From an uncultured Planctomycetaceae bacterium (GTDB lineage Bacteria; Planctomycetota; Planctomycetia; Pirellulales; UBA1268): a stretch of DNA of 63,011 nucleotides. The notes beneath the pieces were generated by a model that had not been told where the DNA came from, did no database searches, and saw only the letters and a program-made list of their open reading frames with translations. The position numbers and the translations under genes are program-made. Positions 19,742 through 29,780 of this stretch are shown piece after piece; positions within the stretch are counted from its first letter, which is position 1, and each line of letters opens with the position of its first letter. The stretch covers positions 1-63,011 of the forward strand of contig CAJXFK010000004.1 of NCBI GenBank assembly GCA_913052575.1, given 5' to 3'.

Positions 19742-21325
19742 GTGCCAATTTATGCTGATCTAAGTCCTCAAGAAATAACCGTACCTGTGGTGGTTCGAAA
19801 TGCATCGCCGGCGAGATTGTATGAGGATGCACTTACGCGGGAGCGGGCAGGCGTTGTCTCAAGCGGTGCAATAGCGATACGATCTGGTACAAAAACTGGT
19901 AGAAGTCCAAAGGACAAGCATGTTGTTCGTCATAGAGAATCAGAGAAGGACGTTTGGTGGGGTAGTACGAATCATCCAATTGACGAACATACATTTTTTC
20001 TAAATCGCCAGCGAGCAATTGATTACCTCAATACACGAGATCAAATCTATGTATTTGATGGGTTTGCTGGCTGGGACCCCATCCATCGGATTAAAGTTCG
20101 GGTAATTTGCGCTCGCGCGTACCATGCTCTCTTTATGCACAACATGCTGATTCGTCCAACGCATGAGGAATTGGAGAACTTTGGTACTCCAGATTGTGTC
20201 ATTTATAACGCAGGTCAATTCCCCGCAAATTCACTTACGGCACAGATGACAAGTCGCACAAGTGTGGATATTTCACTTGAGCGGAAGGAGCAAGTTATTC
20301 TCGGTACTGAATATGCCGGTGAAATGAAAAAAGGGGTATTCACACTCATGCATTGGTTGCTGCCACCCAAGGGAGTGCTCTCCATGCATTGCGCAGCGAA
20401 TGAAGGAGTATCGAAAGATGTGTCACTTTTTTTTGGATTATCCGGGACCGGTAAAACCACTTTATCGGCTGACCCAAGTCGTAGGCTTCTCGGTGATGAT
20501 GAGCACGGCTGGAGTGACGAAGGAGTCTTCAACGTTGAGGGAGGGTGTTATGCAAAGTGTATTGGGCTTGCAATGGATAAGGAGCCTGAGATTTATCAGG
20601 CTATTCGATTTGGTGCGGTTTTAGAGAATGTTGTTTATGACGAACTGACTCGAGAGGTGGATTTTGATTCAGGTGCAATAACAGAAAATACCCGAGCAGC
20701 GTACCCACTTGAGCATATAGAAAATACTCAACTGCCATCTGTCGCGGGACATCCAAACCATGTGATTTTTTTGACCTGTGATGCTTCTGGAGTGTTGCCA
20801 CCAATAAGTCGCCTCACACCTGAACAAGCGATGTATCAATTTCTGTCCGGATATACAGCTCGGGTAGCTGGGACAGAAATGGGTGTGTTTCAACCACAGT
20901 TGGCCTTCTCACCATGTTATAGCGCAGCTTTTCTTGTTCGCCATCCGGTCGTGTACGCCCGCTTGTTATCAGAAAAAATTCGACATCACAAAGCGCAGGC
21001 CTGGCTAGTTAATACTGGTTGGACTGGGGGTGGGATTGGTTTGGGAAGACGAATTGATTTGGCAAGTACGCGTTCTATCATTGATGCAATTCATACGAAC
21101 TCACTACACAGTGCTCCAACTGAACGAGATTCAATTTTTGGACTTGAAGCAGTTTGTCAGGTTCCTGGTGTTTCAGATCGGTTACTGATACCCCGGAATG
21201 CTTGGTCTGACGCAATCGCATGGGACGATGCTGCTCGCGATCTAGCAGATAAATTTCGCCAGAATTTTGTGGCCTACGCAGATGAAGCTGGCGAGTCGGT
21301 CGTGCAGGCTGGGCCAGTTTCGTAA
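19742..21325 (+). CDS. pckA: Phosphoenolpyruvate carboxykinase (ATP)
   Basis: TGRSPKDK, GTEYAGEMKK, FFGLSGTGKTTLS, GDDEHGW, EGGCYAK. Confidence 0.97.
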   Translation: MPIYADLSPQEITVPVVVRNASPARLYEDALTRERAGVVSSGAIAIRSGTKTGRSPKDKHVVRHRESEKDVWWGSTNHPIDEHTFFLNRQRAIDYLNTRDQIYVFDGFAGWDPIHRIKVRVICARAYHALFMHNMLIRPTHEELENFGTPDCVIYNAGQFPANSLTAQMTSRTSVDISLERKEQVILGTEYAGEMKKGVFTLMHWLLPPKGVLSMHCAANEGVSKDVSLFFGLSGTGKTTLSADPSRRLLGDDEHGWSDEGVFNVEGGCYAKCIGLAMDKEPEIYQAIRFGAVLENVVYDELTREVDFDSGAITENTRAAYPLEHIENTQLPSVAGHPNHVIFLTCDASGVLPPISRLTPEQAMYQFLSGYTARVAGTEMGVFQPQLAFSPCYSAAFLVRHPVVYARLLSEKIRHHKAQAWLVNTGWTGGGIGLGRRIDLASTRSIIDAIHTNSLHSAPTERDSIFGLEAVCQVPGVSDRLLIPRNAWSDAIAWDDAARDLADKFRQNFVAYADEAGESVVQAGPVS

Positions 21326-21469
21326 ACTTATTTTAACAGGCGCCAGATTTGGGAATTAGGTTACTATGGCAGATAGAAGATGTCGGCACAAAGTTCGTTC
21401 CGTCGTCTGCGAATGTTCGTTGTCCAAGGTTCGCACGTAAGAAAGCAATACTTCTGTAAGGAGCGTTAC

Positions 21470-22027
21470 ATGATTTCCTTGTCGTTGATCAGAATCACTG
21501 TGGGTTTACTGGTAGTAGTCGGAATGGTTGTCATGTCCCCAACAGGCGATGCCGCATCTCCTCTAACCGGTTCGATGAAGAAAATTGACGGCACAGAAAA
21601 AGATTTGAGTGGGTACAACGGTAAGGTTGTACTCGTGGTCAACGTGGCAAGCCAGTGCGGCTACACGTCGCAGTATGCAGGCTTACAAAAGCTTTATGAT
21701 ACCTTTAAAGACAAGGGCTTTGTTATTCTTGGATTTCCAGCAAACGACTTCGGTGCCCAAGAGCCAGGAAGTGACAGTGAAATCGCATCGTTTTGTTCAA
21801 AGAATTATGGTGTGACTTTTGATATGTTTTCGAAAATAACCGTCAAGGGTTCGGGCAAAGCGCCGCTCTACAAAACGCTTACTGAGGCGTCCAGCCCATC
21901 GGGTGAGGTGGGTTGGAACTTTGAGAAGTTTCTGATTGATCGCAATGGTGAGGTGATCGGTCGATTTAAATCTGGTGTTTCACCCCAAGACCCAGTGCTC
22001 ATAACCGCAATTGAGGCAGCCCTCTAA
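21470..22027 (+). CDS. Glutathione peroxidase family protein (Cys type) with signal peptide
   Basis: VNVASQCGYT, LGFPANDFGAQEPG, WNFEKFL; AAGGAG RBS before ATG 21470; hydrophobic N-terminus. Confidence 0.93.
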   Translation: MISLSLIRITVGLLVVVGMVVMSPTGDAASPLTGSMKKIDGTEKDLSGYNGKVVLVVNVASQCGYTSQYAGLQKLYDTFKDKGFVILGFPANDFGAQEPGSDSEIASFCSKNYGVTFDMFSKITVKGSGKAPLYKTLTEASSPSGEVGWNFEKFLIDRNGEVIGRFKSGVSPQDPVLITAIEAAL

Positions 22028-22121
22028 GCAGATCTAGAAACTTTGGTGTGACCGGGCGTCAACTCGTAGAAGCGCATTTCAGATAATGGCCGTGTGTCCC
22101 ACACTGGCATGCAAGTGCGTT

Positions 22122-23105
22122 TTACATGACATTGTTGTATTTTTTTCGAATAATAAACGTGGGTCGACTTTGAGTTTCTCGATAGCATCGAACTGTATAC
22201 TCGCCAACGATTGCAATTCCAGCTGTCTGTGCTGAAGAAATAAATCCAATAACTGCAAGTATTGTAGGTAATCCTGTTTGGTCTTGTGTGGAAGAAATCA
22301 GGCTAGCGGCTAGTCCAGACGCGCCAACGATTGCAAAAAGGAAAGCCGACAGCCAAATGACTCGTACTGGTTTATCGGAAGAGAGAAGCAATGCATCTGC
22401 CGCGAGAGAGAGTAGTTTGAAAACAGAGTACTTTGTTTCACCAGCAGTTCGTGCATCTCGATCGTAGTCTACGGGGGCATGATGAAATCCTGCCCACGGA
22501 ATGAGATTTCGGAGATAACGACGTTTTTCAGGAAGAGCGCAGACCGTGTCGACTACGGCACGATCGCACAATTTGAAGTCACCTGTGTCAACCGGCACTG
22601 AGTATGGCATCATTGCGGCAAAGAATCTGTAGAACATGCTGGCCGAAATAAGTTTGAAGAAGCCCTCACCGTCACGTGATTTTCGTCGTCCGTAGGCAAC
22701 ATCAATACCAGTTCGCCATTTGGCGACCATCTCCAGAATGACCTCAGGTGGATCTTGGAGATCGGCATCAATAATTACGACGGCATCTCCTTTTGCCGTT
22801 TCGAGGCCTGCAGACATAGCAGCTTGCTGACCAAAGTTCCGAGACAATTCAAGTACGACAATACGAGAGTCACCGGTTGCAAGGTGTTTCAGTTTTTCAA
22901 GAGTATTGTCTTTGCTTCCGTCATCGATATAAATAATTTCCATTTGCATGCCGAGACTTGGTGCAATGCTACAGACTCTAGCATGTGTCGCTTCAATCAC
23001 AGCCTCTTCGTTGTAGCAAGGGATTACAAGTGACAGGAGCCCAGGTAATGGACGCTCAGGCGATTGGGCACAGATTGCTGAGTCATGACATTCCAGTTCG
23101 CTCAT
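22122..23105 (-). CDS. GT2 polyprenyl-phosphate glycosyltransferase (GtrB/ArnC/RgtE-like)
   Basis: VIPCYNEE, IDDGSKD, SRNFGQQ, IDADLQDPP, two C-terminal TM helices. Confidence 0.92.
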   Translation of the reverse strand: MSELECHDSAICAQSPERPLPGLLSLVIPCYNEEAVIEATHARVCSIAPSLGMQMEIIYIDDGSKDNTLEKLKHLATGDSRIVVLELSRNFGQQAAMSAGLETAKGDAVVIIDADLQDPPEVILEMVAKWRTGIDVAYGRRKSRDGEGFFKLISASMFYRFFAAMMPYSVPVDTGDFKLCDRAVVDTVCALPEKRRYLRNLIPWAGFHHAPVDYDRDARTAGETKYSVFKLLSLAADALLLSSDKPVRVIWLSAFLFAIVGASGLAASLISSTQDQTGLPTILAVIGFISSAQTAGIAIVGEYTVRCYRETQSRPTFIIRKKYNNVM

Positions 23106-24964
23106 TTTGTCGTTCTCCGAACTGAGGCAGTTCGTTTTGTGGGTGTCGAGACGGCTTCTTGTGAGTTGGCCACTAGGAGAAAGTCTTGGTTTTTAAATAA
23201 TGGTCGAGCACGGCCGATGACCCCGGTAGTTTCTGGCAGCAAAGAAGATAATTCATCAAATTGGTCTTCGGGAATCACGACAACCGCATCAGTTCCCGTC
23301 AATAAAAAGGCAACGGCTTGTGTGGCAGTATCAGTGGGCCAGCGTTGAACAATACCCTTGGCGTAATACACGAGATTGGGTGTGATCTGAGAATAGGCAC
23401 CTATTCGTGCGTGTCCCCCAGCGTGTGTATGAGCCTGCTGAATTAAGCCTGGAAGTGTGTTGGCACGACTAATCCATGCTGCGGTAGGGCCAATAGCTAG
23501 GGCAGAATAAAGGAGCCCAAGAACAACCATTGTACTGACAGCATACGCTGGCCGTTCCCTTGAACCCCACACGAGCCACACCGCACCGGCTAGGGGAACG
23601 AGTCCGATGACTGCGGCAGGTTCGCTTCCTGTTAATCCGTAAAACGAGGCAATCAAAATTGTTGCACTCGTTGCAATTCCCCCAAAAGCGATTCCTGCAA
23701 CACCGATACTCATCCATCCTGGGTAAAGCCATGTCTTTCGCTTAACAGCTTCGAGAGCAAGGGCAGCAACAAGGAGAGAAGCCGCGGGGTAAGCCGGCAT
23801 GATATAATTCGGTAGTTTGGTAGCGGCGATGGAAAATCCACCAATCCAAACGCCCATCCAAAGAAGAATCAGGCTCAATGCAAGAACATGAGAATTTTCT
23901 ACAAGTGTCTTTTGTTCATTTCGCCAAGCCTTCCAGAGTCGATAAAGTGCGGCAAAGATAGCAAGTGGTAGAAAGCAGCTCCACGGATAAAAGCCAATAA
24001 GCATCGTGAGTGGATGAAACAAGAAACCGCCCGAGTGCTTCTCCATAGGGGCAACAAAACGCCCAACGTTATGAACAAAAAAGAATCCCTTCGTCCATTC
24101 CCAATCAGTCTGGATGCCGACACTTATGTACCACGGTGCTGCAATAAGTATTGCTGCGGCGGTTACGATGAGAAAACGAGTTTGATGGAGTGTGCGAAAC
24201 GCAGCAGGAATTCCATTTTGTAGGACCTGCCGGGTGGTTGAAAGCAATTGCTCTTTGAAGCTCTCACCACTTTTCTGTTCTTTTACAGCAGTCAAACATT
24301 TTGCAAGCCATACCCAGCTGAGAACTACAGCGAGTGGCCCAATGTAGCCAATTGGTCCCTTGCAAAGGACTCCAAGGCCGAGTAACCCACCTGCAAGAAT
24401 AGCGTGCCAGGTACCAACAGAGGATTTGGCAATCAAGTGGGCAGAGGACTCATTATGTTGTTCGGTTTTACGTTGGTCTTGAAGGAATGGTTCGACTAGC
24501 AGGAGGGTCGCCCATGTTGCAAGCGCTACAAGAATAGAGTCAGGCGTCGCCGCATGAGATTCAATCGCGACGAGTAAACAGCCGAGGTAGGCAAATGCTG
24601 CGACAATGCCTGTCGAGGAGTTAAAACAGCGTGTCCCGAACCGAAGAAGAGCAAGAGATGTCAGCAAAGCGGCAATGGCGGCTGGAAGACGGGCAGCGAG
24701 TTCATTTGTCCCGAATATTGAAAAGCATGCTGCCATGCACCAATGCATCAGCACTGGCTTATCAACGGCAAGATCACCATTGAAAATTGGAACTGTCCAA
24801 TTACCAGTCTCAACCATAGTCTGAGCGATTGCAGCGAATCGTGGTTCATCTTCATCCCAGAAAGGCATTCCAATAAACCCAGAGGCAAGTACAACGATTG
24901 CCACCACAGAAACAAAGATCTGGGAGTGGCGTGTTATAAAAGAATTGAACCGGTTCATGAGCAT
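23102..24964 (-). CDS. ArnT/PMT-family (GT-C) glycosyltransferase, paralog 2
   Basis: FWDEDEPRFA, VDKPVL, ARLP, ATPD, KGP, TKLPNY.MP.YP; many TM helices. Confidence 0.9.
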   Translation of the reverse strand: MLMNRFNSFITRHSQIFVSVVAIVVLASGFIGMPFWDEDEPRFAAIAQTMVETGNWTVPIFNGDLAVDKPVLMHWCMAACFSIFGTNELAARLPAAIAALLTSLALLRFGTRCFNSSTGIVAAFAYLGCLLVAIESHAATPDSILVALATWATLLLVEPFLQDQRKTEQHNESSAHLIAKSSVGTWHAILAGGLLGLGVLCKGPIGYIGPLAVVLSWVWLAKCLTAVKEQKSGESFKEQLLSTTRQVLQNGIPAAFRTLHQTRFLIVTAAAILIAAPWYISVGIQTDWEWTKGFFFVHNVGRFVAPMEKHSGGFLFHPLTMLIGFYPWSCFLPLAIFAALYRLWKAWRNEQKTLVENSHVLALSLILLWMGVWIGGFSIAATKLPNYIMPAYPAASLLVAALALEAVKRKTWLYPGWMSIGVAGIAFGGIATSATILIASFYGLTGSEPAAVIGLVPLAGAVWLVWGSRERPAYAVSTMVVLGLLYSALAIGPTAAWISRANTLPGLIQQAHTHAGGHARIGAYSQITPNLVYYAKGIVQRWPTDTATQAVAFLLTGTDAVVVIPEDQFDELSSLLPETTGVIGRARPLFKNQDFLLVANSQEAVSTPTKRTASVRRTTK

Positions 24965-24990
24965 GGCTCCAAGCAGGACAGTAGTCCGAA

Positions 24991-26802
24991 TTAGTAAGGA
25001 GGGGGACTTTGAGCAAGTGAATGCGTGTTTCCAAGGTGGATTCTTCCAATGATTGCGAGGCCCATATCAATGGAACTCGGTTTCTCGCACAGTATTCCAA
25101 ATCCAGCGGGGAGGTGTGGCAGGATAGCGGGCACCTCATCAGCTTCAATTAAGAGCTTTGCTGCAGGATCAGTGCGAAGATGCTCAATACCTGCACTGAT
25201 GTTGTTTAGTTTTTTTACCGTCTTTTGTGTGTAGAAGACAAGGCTCGGTCGAGGCGTCTTGATGCTTGCCCAGTTTCCTTCTCGTGCTGACGGCGACAAG
25301 GCGGCTAGAAGAGTAGAGGTGCCCTGATGTTGAGCAAGTCGCACTGATACGAGACCACCAAGCGTTGCTACGAAGAGAATCGAAAAAGCTGTCAGAGCAC
25401 TTATAGCCAGCCCAACACGTCCTTGTCTCTGGAGCAAGAAGGCAGTAGCCGCGGCTATGACTGGAAGCAGCCCAAGGATTCCAAGCCATTCATTTCCTGG
25501 AGCAAATTTTTGTGAGAGAAGAGGAATACCAATGGCGAGACAGATGCCAACGGCTGAAAGTGTAAACCACCCAATGTTCATGACTAAAGCACGAGCCTTA
25601 TCCGATGGCATGTTCCAGAAAAGCATTGTTTCCCAGCCGGTACGGCCACGAATCCAGTCCGCAAGGTAGAGGGCAGTGACGATTGAAAGAGCTGGGTATG
25701 CGGGCCAGATGTAGCCAGGAAGTTTTGTCCCAGCGATCGCAAAAGTTCCGATCCAGACAAGAAACCAAACTCCAGAAAAAGCAACAGTGCGAAAGTGTGA
25801 ACTCGACAGACGTTTTGTTTGCCAAAGAAATACAGTATGAGCTGGTACGGCTAGCAGAATAATTGACCAAGGAAATAACCCAATGGCGAGTATCATTGGA
25901 TAATAGAGGAATGATCCGGAATGCCCCTCCATGGGAGCTAAAAATCTACCGGCATTATGAATGAGTAGGAAGTCTCGAATCCACTGTCCGTTTGTACGCA
26001 CTCCGACTAATACATACCACGGTAATGCGACGGCTGTAGCCACCGCAAAAATTGTGAGAGGGCGGAGAGAGGTTACAACGTGATAAATCCAAGATTTGCC
26101 ACACGTGAAAATAGATTTGTTGTGCAGTACGCATGCAGTGAGCAGAAATGCCGCCATTGGTAAAACGATACCAACAGGACCTTTCGCTAGGACAGCAAAC
26201 CCGCATGCCAGACCGATGCCTACAGCATGCAAACGAGTTATTTGAAGTACAGAGTCCCGCTGAATAGCGTGAACATAAAACGCTCCAGCCATGGTAGTAC
26301 AGAATACGAGTGCTGCATCAGGGGTTGCGGCTCGCCCACCTACTGCTGTCCAGATACATGTTGACATGACAAGGCCAGACAGGAGGCCGGCAAACGGTCC
26401 TGCGAGAAGACGACCAATCCACCAGGTGAGCAAACACGTGCCGATTGTTAAGCAGACTGACCCTATGCGAACACCAAATTCGTTACGACCGAAAAGTGAA
26501 ACTCCTACGATTTGTATCCAATTGACTAATGGAGGCTTTTCCACACGAAGGGCACCATTGTACGTCGGCACAATCCAATCACCCGAATCCAGCATTGCTA
26601 ATGTGCAGGCAGCGTTTTTGGGCTCATCTTCATCCCAAAGTGGTGCCGAACCCAGCCCCGGCAAAAGAGTGGTAGTTGCGGAAATTATGATGATCAGGAT
26701 TGCAATAAAGGGGCTTCTGAATATCACCAGCGTCGCCCAAAGTGGATGAAAGGAACGGAGCGGGAGGGTAGAAGCAGGAGCGATGCCGGTCAAGCCGTAC
26801 AA
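24991..26802 (-). CDS. ArnT/PMT-family (GT-C) glycosyltransferase, paralog 1 (start uncertain)
   Basis: LWDEDEPKNA, VEKPPL, ATPD, KGP, TKLPGY.WP.YP; many TM helices. Confidence 0.9.
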   Translation of the reverse strand: MYGLTGIAPASTLPLRSFHPLWATLVIFRSPFIAILIIIISATTTLLPGLGSAPLWDEDEPKNAACTLAMLDSGDWIVPTYNGALRVEKPPLVNWIQIVGVSLFGRNEFGVRIGSVCLTIGTCLLTWWIGRLLAGPFAGLLSGLVMSTCIWTAVGGRAATPDAALVFCTTMAGAFYVHAIQRDSVLQITRLHAVGIGLACGFAVLAKGPVGIVLPMAAFLLTACVLHNKSIFTCGKSWIYHVVTSLRPLTIFAVATAVALPWYVLVGVRTNGQWIRDFLLIHNAGRFLAPMEGHSGSFLYYPMILAIGLFPWSIILLAVPAHTVFLWQTKRLSSSHFRTVAFSGVWFLVWIGTFAIAGTKLPGYIWPAYPALSIVTALYLADWIRGRTGWETMLFWNMPSDKARALVMNIGWFTLSAVGICLAIGIPLLSQKFAPGNEWLGILGLLPVIAAATAFLLQRQGRVGLAISALTAFSILFVATLGGLVSVRLAQHQGTSTLLAALSPSAREGNWASIKTPRPSLVFYTQKTVKKLNNISAGIEHLRTDPAAKLLIEADEVPAILPHLPAGFGILCEKPSSIDMGLAIIGRIHLGNTHSLAQSPPPY

Positions 26803-26833
26803 AGTTGCGTTTTTTTAGGTATATTAAGGCCGG

Positions 26834-26861
26834 TTGACCGCCTGCTTGGGGCGGGTATGTT
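26834..26861 (+). promoter_or_regulatory. Putative sigma70 promoter of gyrA
   Basis: TTGACC-16 bp-TATGTT upstream of GGAG and TTG at 26915. Confidence 0.5.
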
Positions 26862-26914
26862 CAAGATCAAGTTACCGCCTTTTGAAGCGGTCCATTCCCG
26901 GGAGAACGCACCCC

Positions 26915-29752
26915 TTGGCTGATGAAAACACCCCTGCTGATGATGCTTCGAATGAGCAGCCATCAGCGAATGATAGCAGTGGACCGACAAATGACGGTCA
27001 GTCGAAAGAGATAGCTACCAACCGGGCTCAGGATGGTACCCGACTCATTGATTTGCCAATTGAGCAAGAACTTAAAGAGAGTTACCTGACATACGCTATG
27101 AGCGTCATTGTGAGTCGGGCACTCCCTGACGTTCGTGATGGCTTGAAGCCTTCACAGCGACGGATTCTGGTTGCCATGAATGATCTGAATCTGTCCCCAG
27201 GTTCTTCTCGGGTGAAATGCGCGAAGATATCTGGTGACACCAGCGGTAACTATCATCCCCACGGTGAAAGTGTGATCTATCCGACGCTTGTTCGCATGGC
27301 GCAAGAATGGAATATGCGACATGTGCTCGTTGACAAGCAGGGGAATTTTGGATCAATCGCCGGGTTGCCTGCTGCTGCTATGCGATATACCGAAGCTCGG
27401 TTGTCAGCCATTGCATCCCAGATGCTTGATGATATCAATCTCGACACGGTCGACTTTGTCCCGACGTACGATGAGCGAAATACAGAGCCTGTCGTGCTAC
27501 CAAGTCGTTTTCCCAACCTGGTTGTCAATGGTGCGGGTGGCATTGCTGTTGGTATGGCAACAAGCATTCCTCCTCATAACCTTGGTGAAGTCTGTCGCGG
27601 ACTGGTGCAGTTAATAGATAATCCGGATACATCAATGGCAGAGCTGCTTGAGATTGTTCCTGGCCCGGACTTCCCGACTGGTGGAATTGTTATGGGCAGA
27701 GAGGCTTTATTGCGGGGATATCTCACTGGAAGAAGCACAATTACGCTTCGGGCTCGGGCTCACGTCGAAGAATTTGGGAAGAATCGTAACCGGATCGTGA
27801 TTACTGAAATTCCGTATCAACAGACACGTGATGCCATTGAGGAGAAGATTGCTGATCAGGTGAGCGACGATCGGATCAAAGGTATTTCTGGGATTCGTAA
27901 TGAAAGTGACCTCAAAGAGCCGGTACGACTAATTTTGGAGTTGAAGCGGGATGCTGACCCAGATGTTGTCTTGAATCAGCTCTATCAATATTCGCCACTT
28001 CAAACAACTTTTTCACTCATCTTTCTTGCACTTGTTGACGGTAAGCCTCGGATGCTTTCGTTTAAAAATATGCTTGAAGAGTTTTTGCGTCATCGCACTA
28101 CAGTGATTCGTCGAAGGACGCAGCATCTTCTTGCCCGTGCACGAAATCGAAAACATACGCTCGAAGGTCTTCTGGTCGCCTTGGCGAATATTGATGAAGT
28201 AATCAAAATAGTTCGTAATTCTTCTTCACAGGCGGAAGCGAAGCAGGGGTTGATGCAGATCGAGGCGCCAGCATCTTTGCTTCAAAGAGCTCTTGGTGAA
28301 GAAGGGTTTGAACTTCTTCAAGATGAGCGAGGTAAGTCCGATACTTACGGTTTGTCTCCTGTTCAAGCAGATGCGGTGCTGCGTCTGACGCTAGGGCAGC
28401 TCGTAAACCTCGAGCAAGAGAAGCTCGGAGGCGAACATAGTGAACTACTGAGCAAGATTCGTGAGTTCCTTCGGATTCTGTCGGATGAGTCAAATATTCG
28501 TGAATTAATCCGTGCAGATCTTCTAGCGATTGACTCAAAGTATGCGGAGCCTCGACGGACAGAGATAAGCGGCGAAGTTGCCGATATTCGTGACATGGCA
28601 GAGTTGATCACGGAATCGACGATGGTCGTCACAATCACTCGGTCTGGCTATGTGAAACGGACTGCAGCAGATACGTATCGAGCCCAACGAAGAGGTGGCA
28701 AAGGCCTCACGGGCGCTCGGGTCGATGAGTCAGACCCTGTCGAGCATTTTTTCGTAGCAAGTACACACGATTGGCTGCTAGTGTTCACAACACGAGGCAA
28801 GGTTTTCTCAATGCGTGTCTTTGAATTGCCTGAGCTCGCACGTGATTCAAAAGGCCGAAATCTTGTGAATTTATTGGAGTTTGAAGAAGGTGAAAGAGTT
28901 GCGGAGTGCCGAGCAGTTTCTGGTTTCGATGATCCGGATCAATGTTTGCTGCTCGCGGCTCGCAGCGGCACGGTGAAAAAGACACCTCTTGAGCAGTATC
29001 GTCGACGTCGAACCAAGGGCCTCATTGCAGTTAAATTAAAAGAGGGTGACGAACTTGTTGGTGCTGTTGTTACAAAGCCGGGCGACGAACTGGTTTTGGC
29101 AACGGCCTCGGGTATGGCAATTCGGTTTCCAGAATCGGATGCCCGTCCGATGGGTCGTGATACCAGTGGTGTACGGGGTATTAAGCTCGGGAAGGATGAC
29201 AGTCTTGTTGGGATAGTTGTTGCCGACCCCTCCGCGACACTTCTTACGGTGTGTGAAAAAGGGTATGGCAAGAGAACACCTTTTGGTGCAGGCACGCCAC
29301 TTGTGGAAGGAGAAACTTCGGCGGCCCCCGCCCCTGATGATTCTGAAACAGAGTCGAGTGGCATGCGGTACAGGACGCAGCGTCGTGGTGGAAAAGGCGT
29401 ACGTGACATTAAGACAACAGCCCGTAATGGCAAGGTTGTGTCGGTCGTTTCGGTACAAGATGACGATCAAGTGCTCATGATGACTGGCCGCGGGAAATTA
29501 CAACGGGTAAACGTTGGAGAGATAAAATCCATAGGCAGAAATACGCAGGGAGTGCGGATCATGCGGCTGGATGATTCAGATTCACTTGCTGCAGTTGTGC
29601 CGGTGCCTCCAAGTGAACAGGAGGAAGCGGCAGAGGGTGCGCCAGAGAACACGCCAGAGAACACGCAAGAGAACACGCAAGAGAACACGCAAGAGAACGC
29701 ACCAGAGAACGCACCAGAGAACGCACCAGAGGGCGGCGCCGAGAAAGCATAG
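26915..29752 (+). CDS. gyrA: DNA gyrase subunit A
   Basis: [24 protein letters not shown] (catalytic Tyr), GyrA-box QRRGGKG, beta-pinwheel repeats; start moved to the TTG after GGAG. Confidence 0.98.
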   Translation: MADENTPADDASNEQPSANDSSGPTNDGQSKEIATNRAQDGTRLIDLPIEQELKESYLTYAMSVIVSRALPDVRDGLKPSQRRILVAMNDLNLSPGSSRVKCAKISGDTSGNYHPHGESVIYPTLVRMAQEWNMRHVLVDKQGNFGSIAGLPAAAMRYTEARLSAIASQMLDDINLDTVDFVPTYDERNTEPVVLPSRFPNLVVNGAGGIAVGMATSIPPHNLGEVCRGLVQLIDNPDTSMAELLEIVPGPDFPTGGIVMGREALLRGYLTGRSTITLRARAHVEEFGKNRNRIVITEIPYQQTRDAIEEKIADQVSDDRIKGISGIRNESDLKEPVRLILELKRDADPDVVLNQLYQYSPLQTTFSLIFLALVDGKPRMLSFKNMLEEFLRHRTTVIRRRTQHLLARARNRKHTLEGLLVALANIDEVIKIVRNSSSQAEAKQGLMQIEAPASLLQRALGEEGFELLQDERGKSDTYGLSPVQADAVLRLTLGQLVNLEQEKLGGEHSELLSKIREFLRILSDESNIRELIRADLLAIDSKYAEPRRTEISGEVADIRDMAELITESTMVVTITRSGYVKRTAADTYRAQRRGGKGLTGARVDESDPVEHFFVASTHDWLLVFTTRGKVFSMRVFELPELARDSKGRNLVNLLEFEEGERVAECRAVSGFDDPDQCLLLAARSGTVKKTPLEQYRRRRTKGLIAVKLKEGDELVGAVVTKPGDELVLATASGMAIRFPESDARPMGRDTSGVRGIKLGKDDSLVGIVVADPSATLLTVCEKGYGKRTPFGAGTPLVEGETSAAPAPDDSETESSGMRYRTQRRGGKGVRDIKTTARNGKVVSVVSVQDDDQVLMMTGRGKLQRVNVGEIKSIGRNTQGVRIMRLDDSDSLAAVVPVPPSEQEEAAEGAPENTPENTQENTQENTQENAPENAPENAPEGGAEKA
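29641..29731 (+). repeat. 12-bp in-frame VNTR (7 full copies plus a partial) in the GyrA acidic tail
   Basis: GCCAGAGAACAC x2, GCAAGAGAACAC x2, GCAAGAGAACGC, ACCAGAGAACGC x2, ACCAGAG; encodes [16 protein letters not shown]. Confidence 0.95.
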
Positions 29753-29780
29753 TTTGGTTTTAAAACTGGAATAACCCAAA

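Noticed and set aside
21650-21665. Selenocysteine in the glutathione peroxidase
   Set aside because: The active-site codon is TGC (Cys) and there is no in-frame TGA
29641-29731. Possible CRISPR array (also the 30-bp repeat at 40701-40886)
   Set aside because: Head-to-tail in-frame coding repeats with no unique spacers and no cas genes in the window
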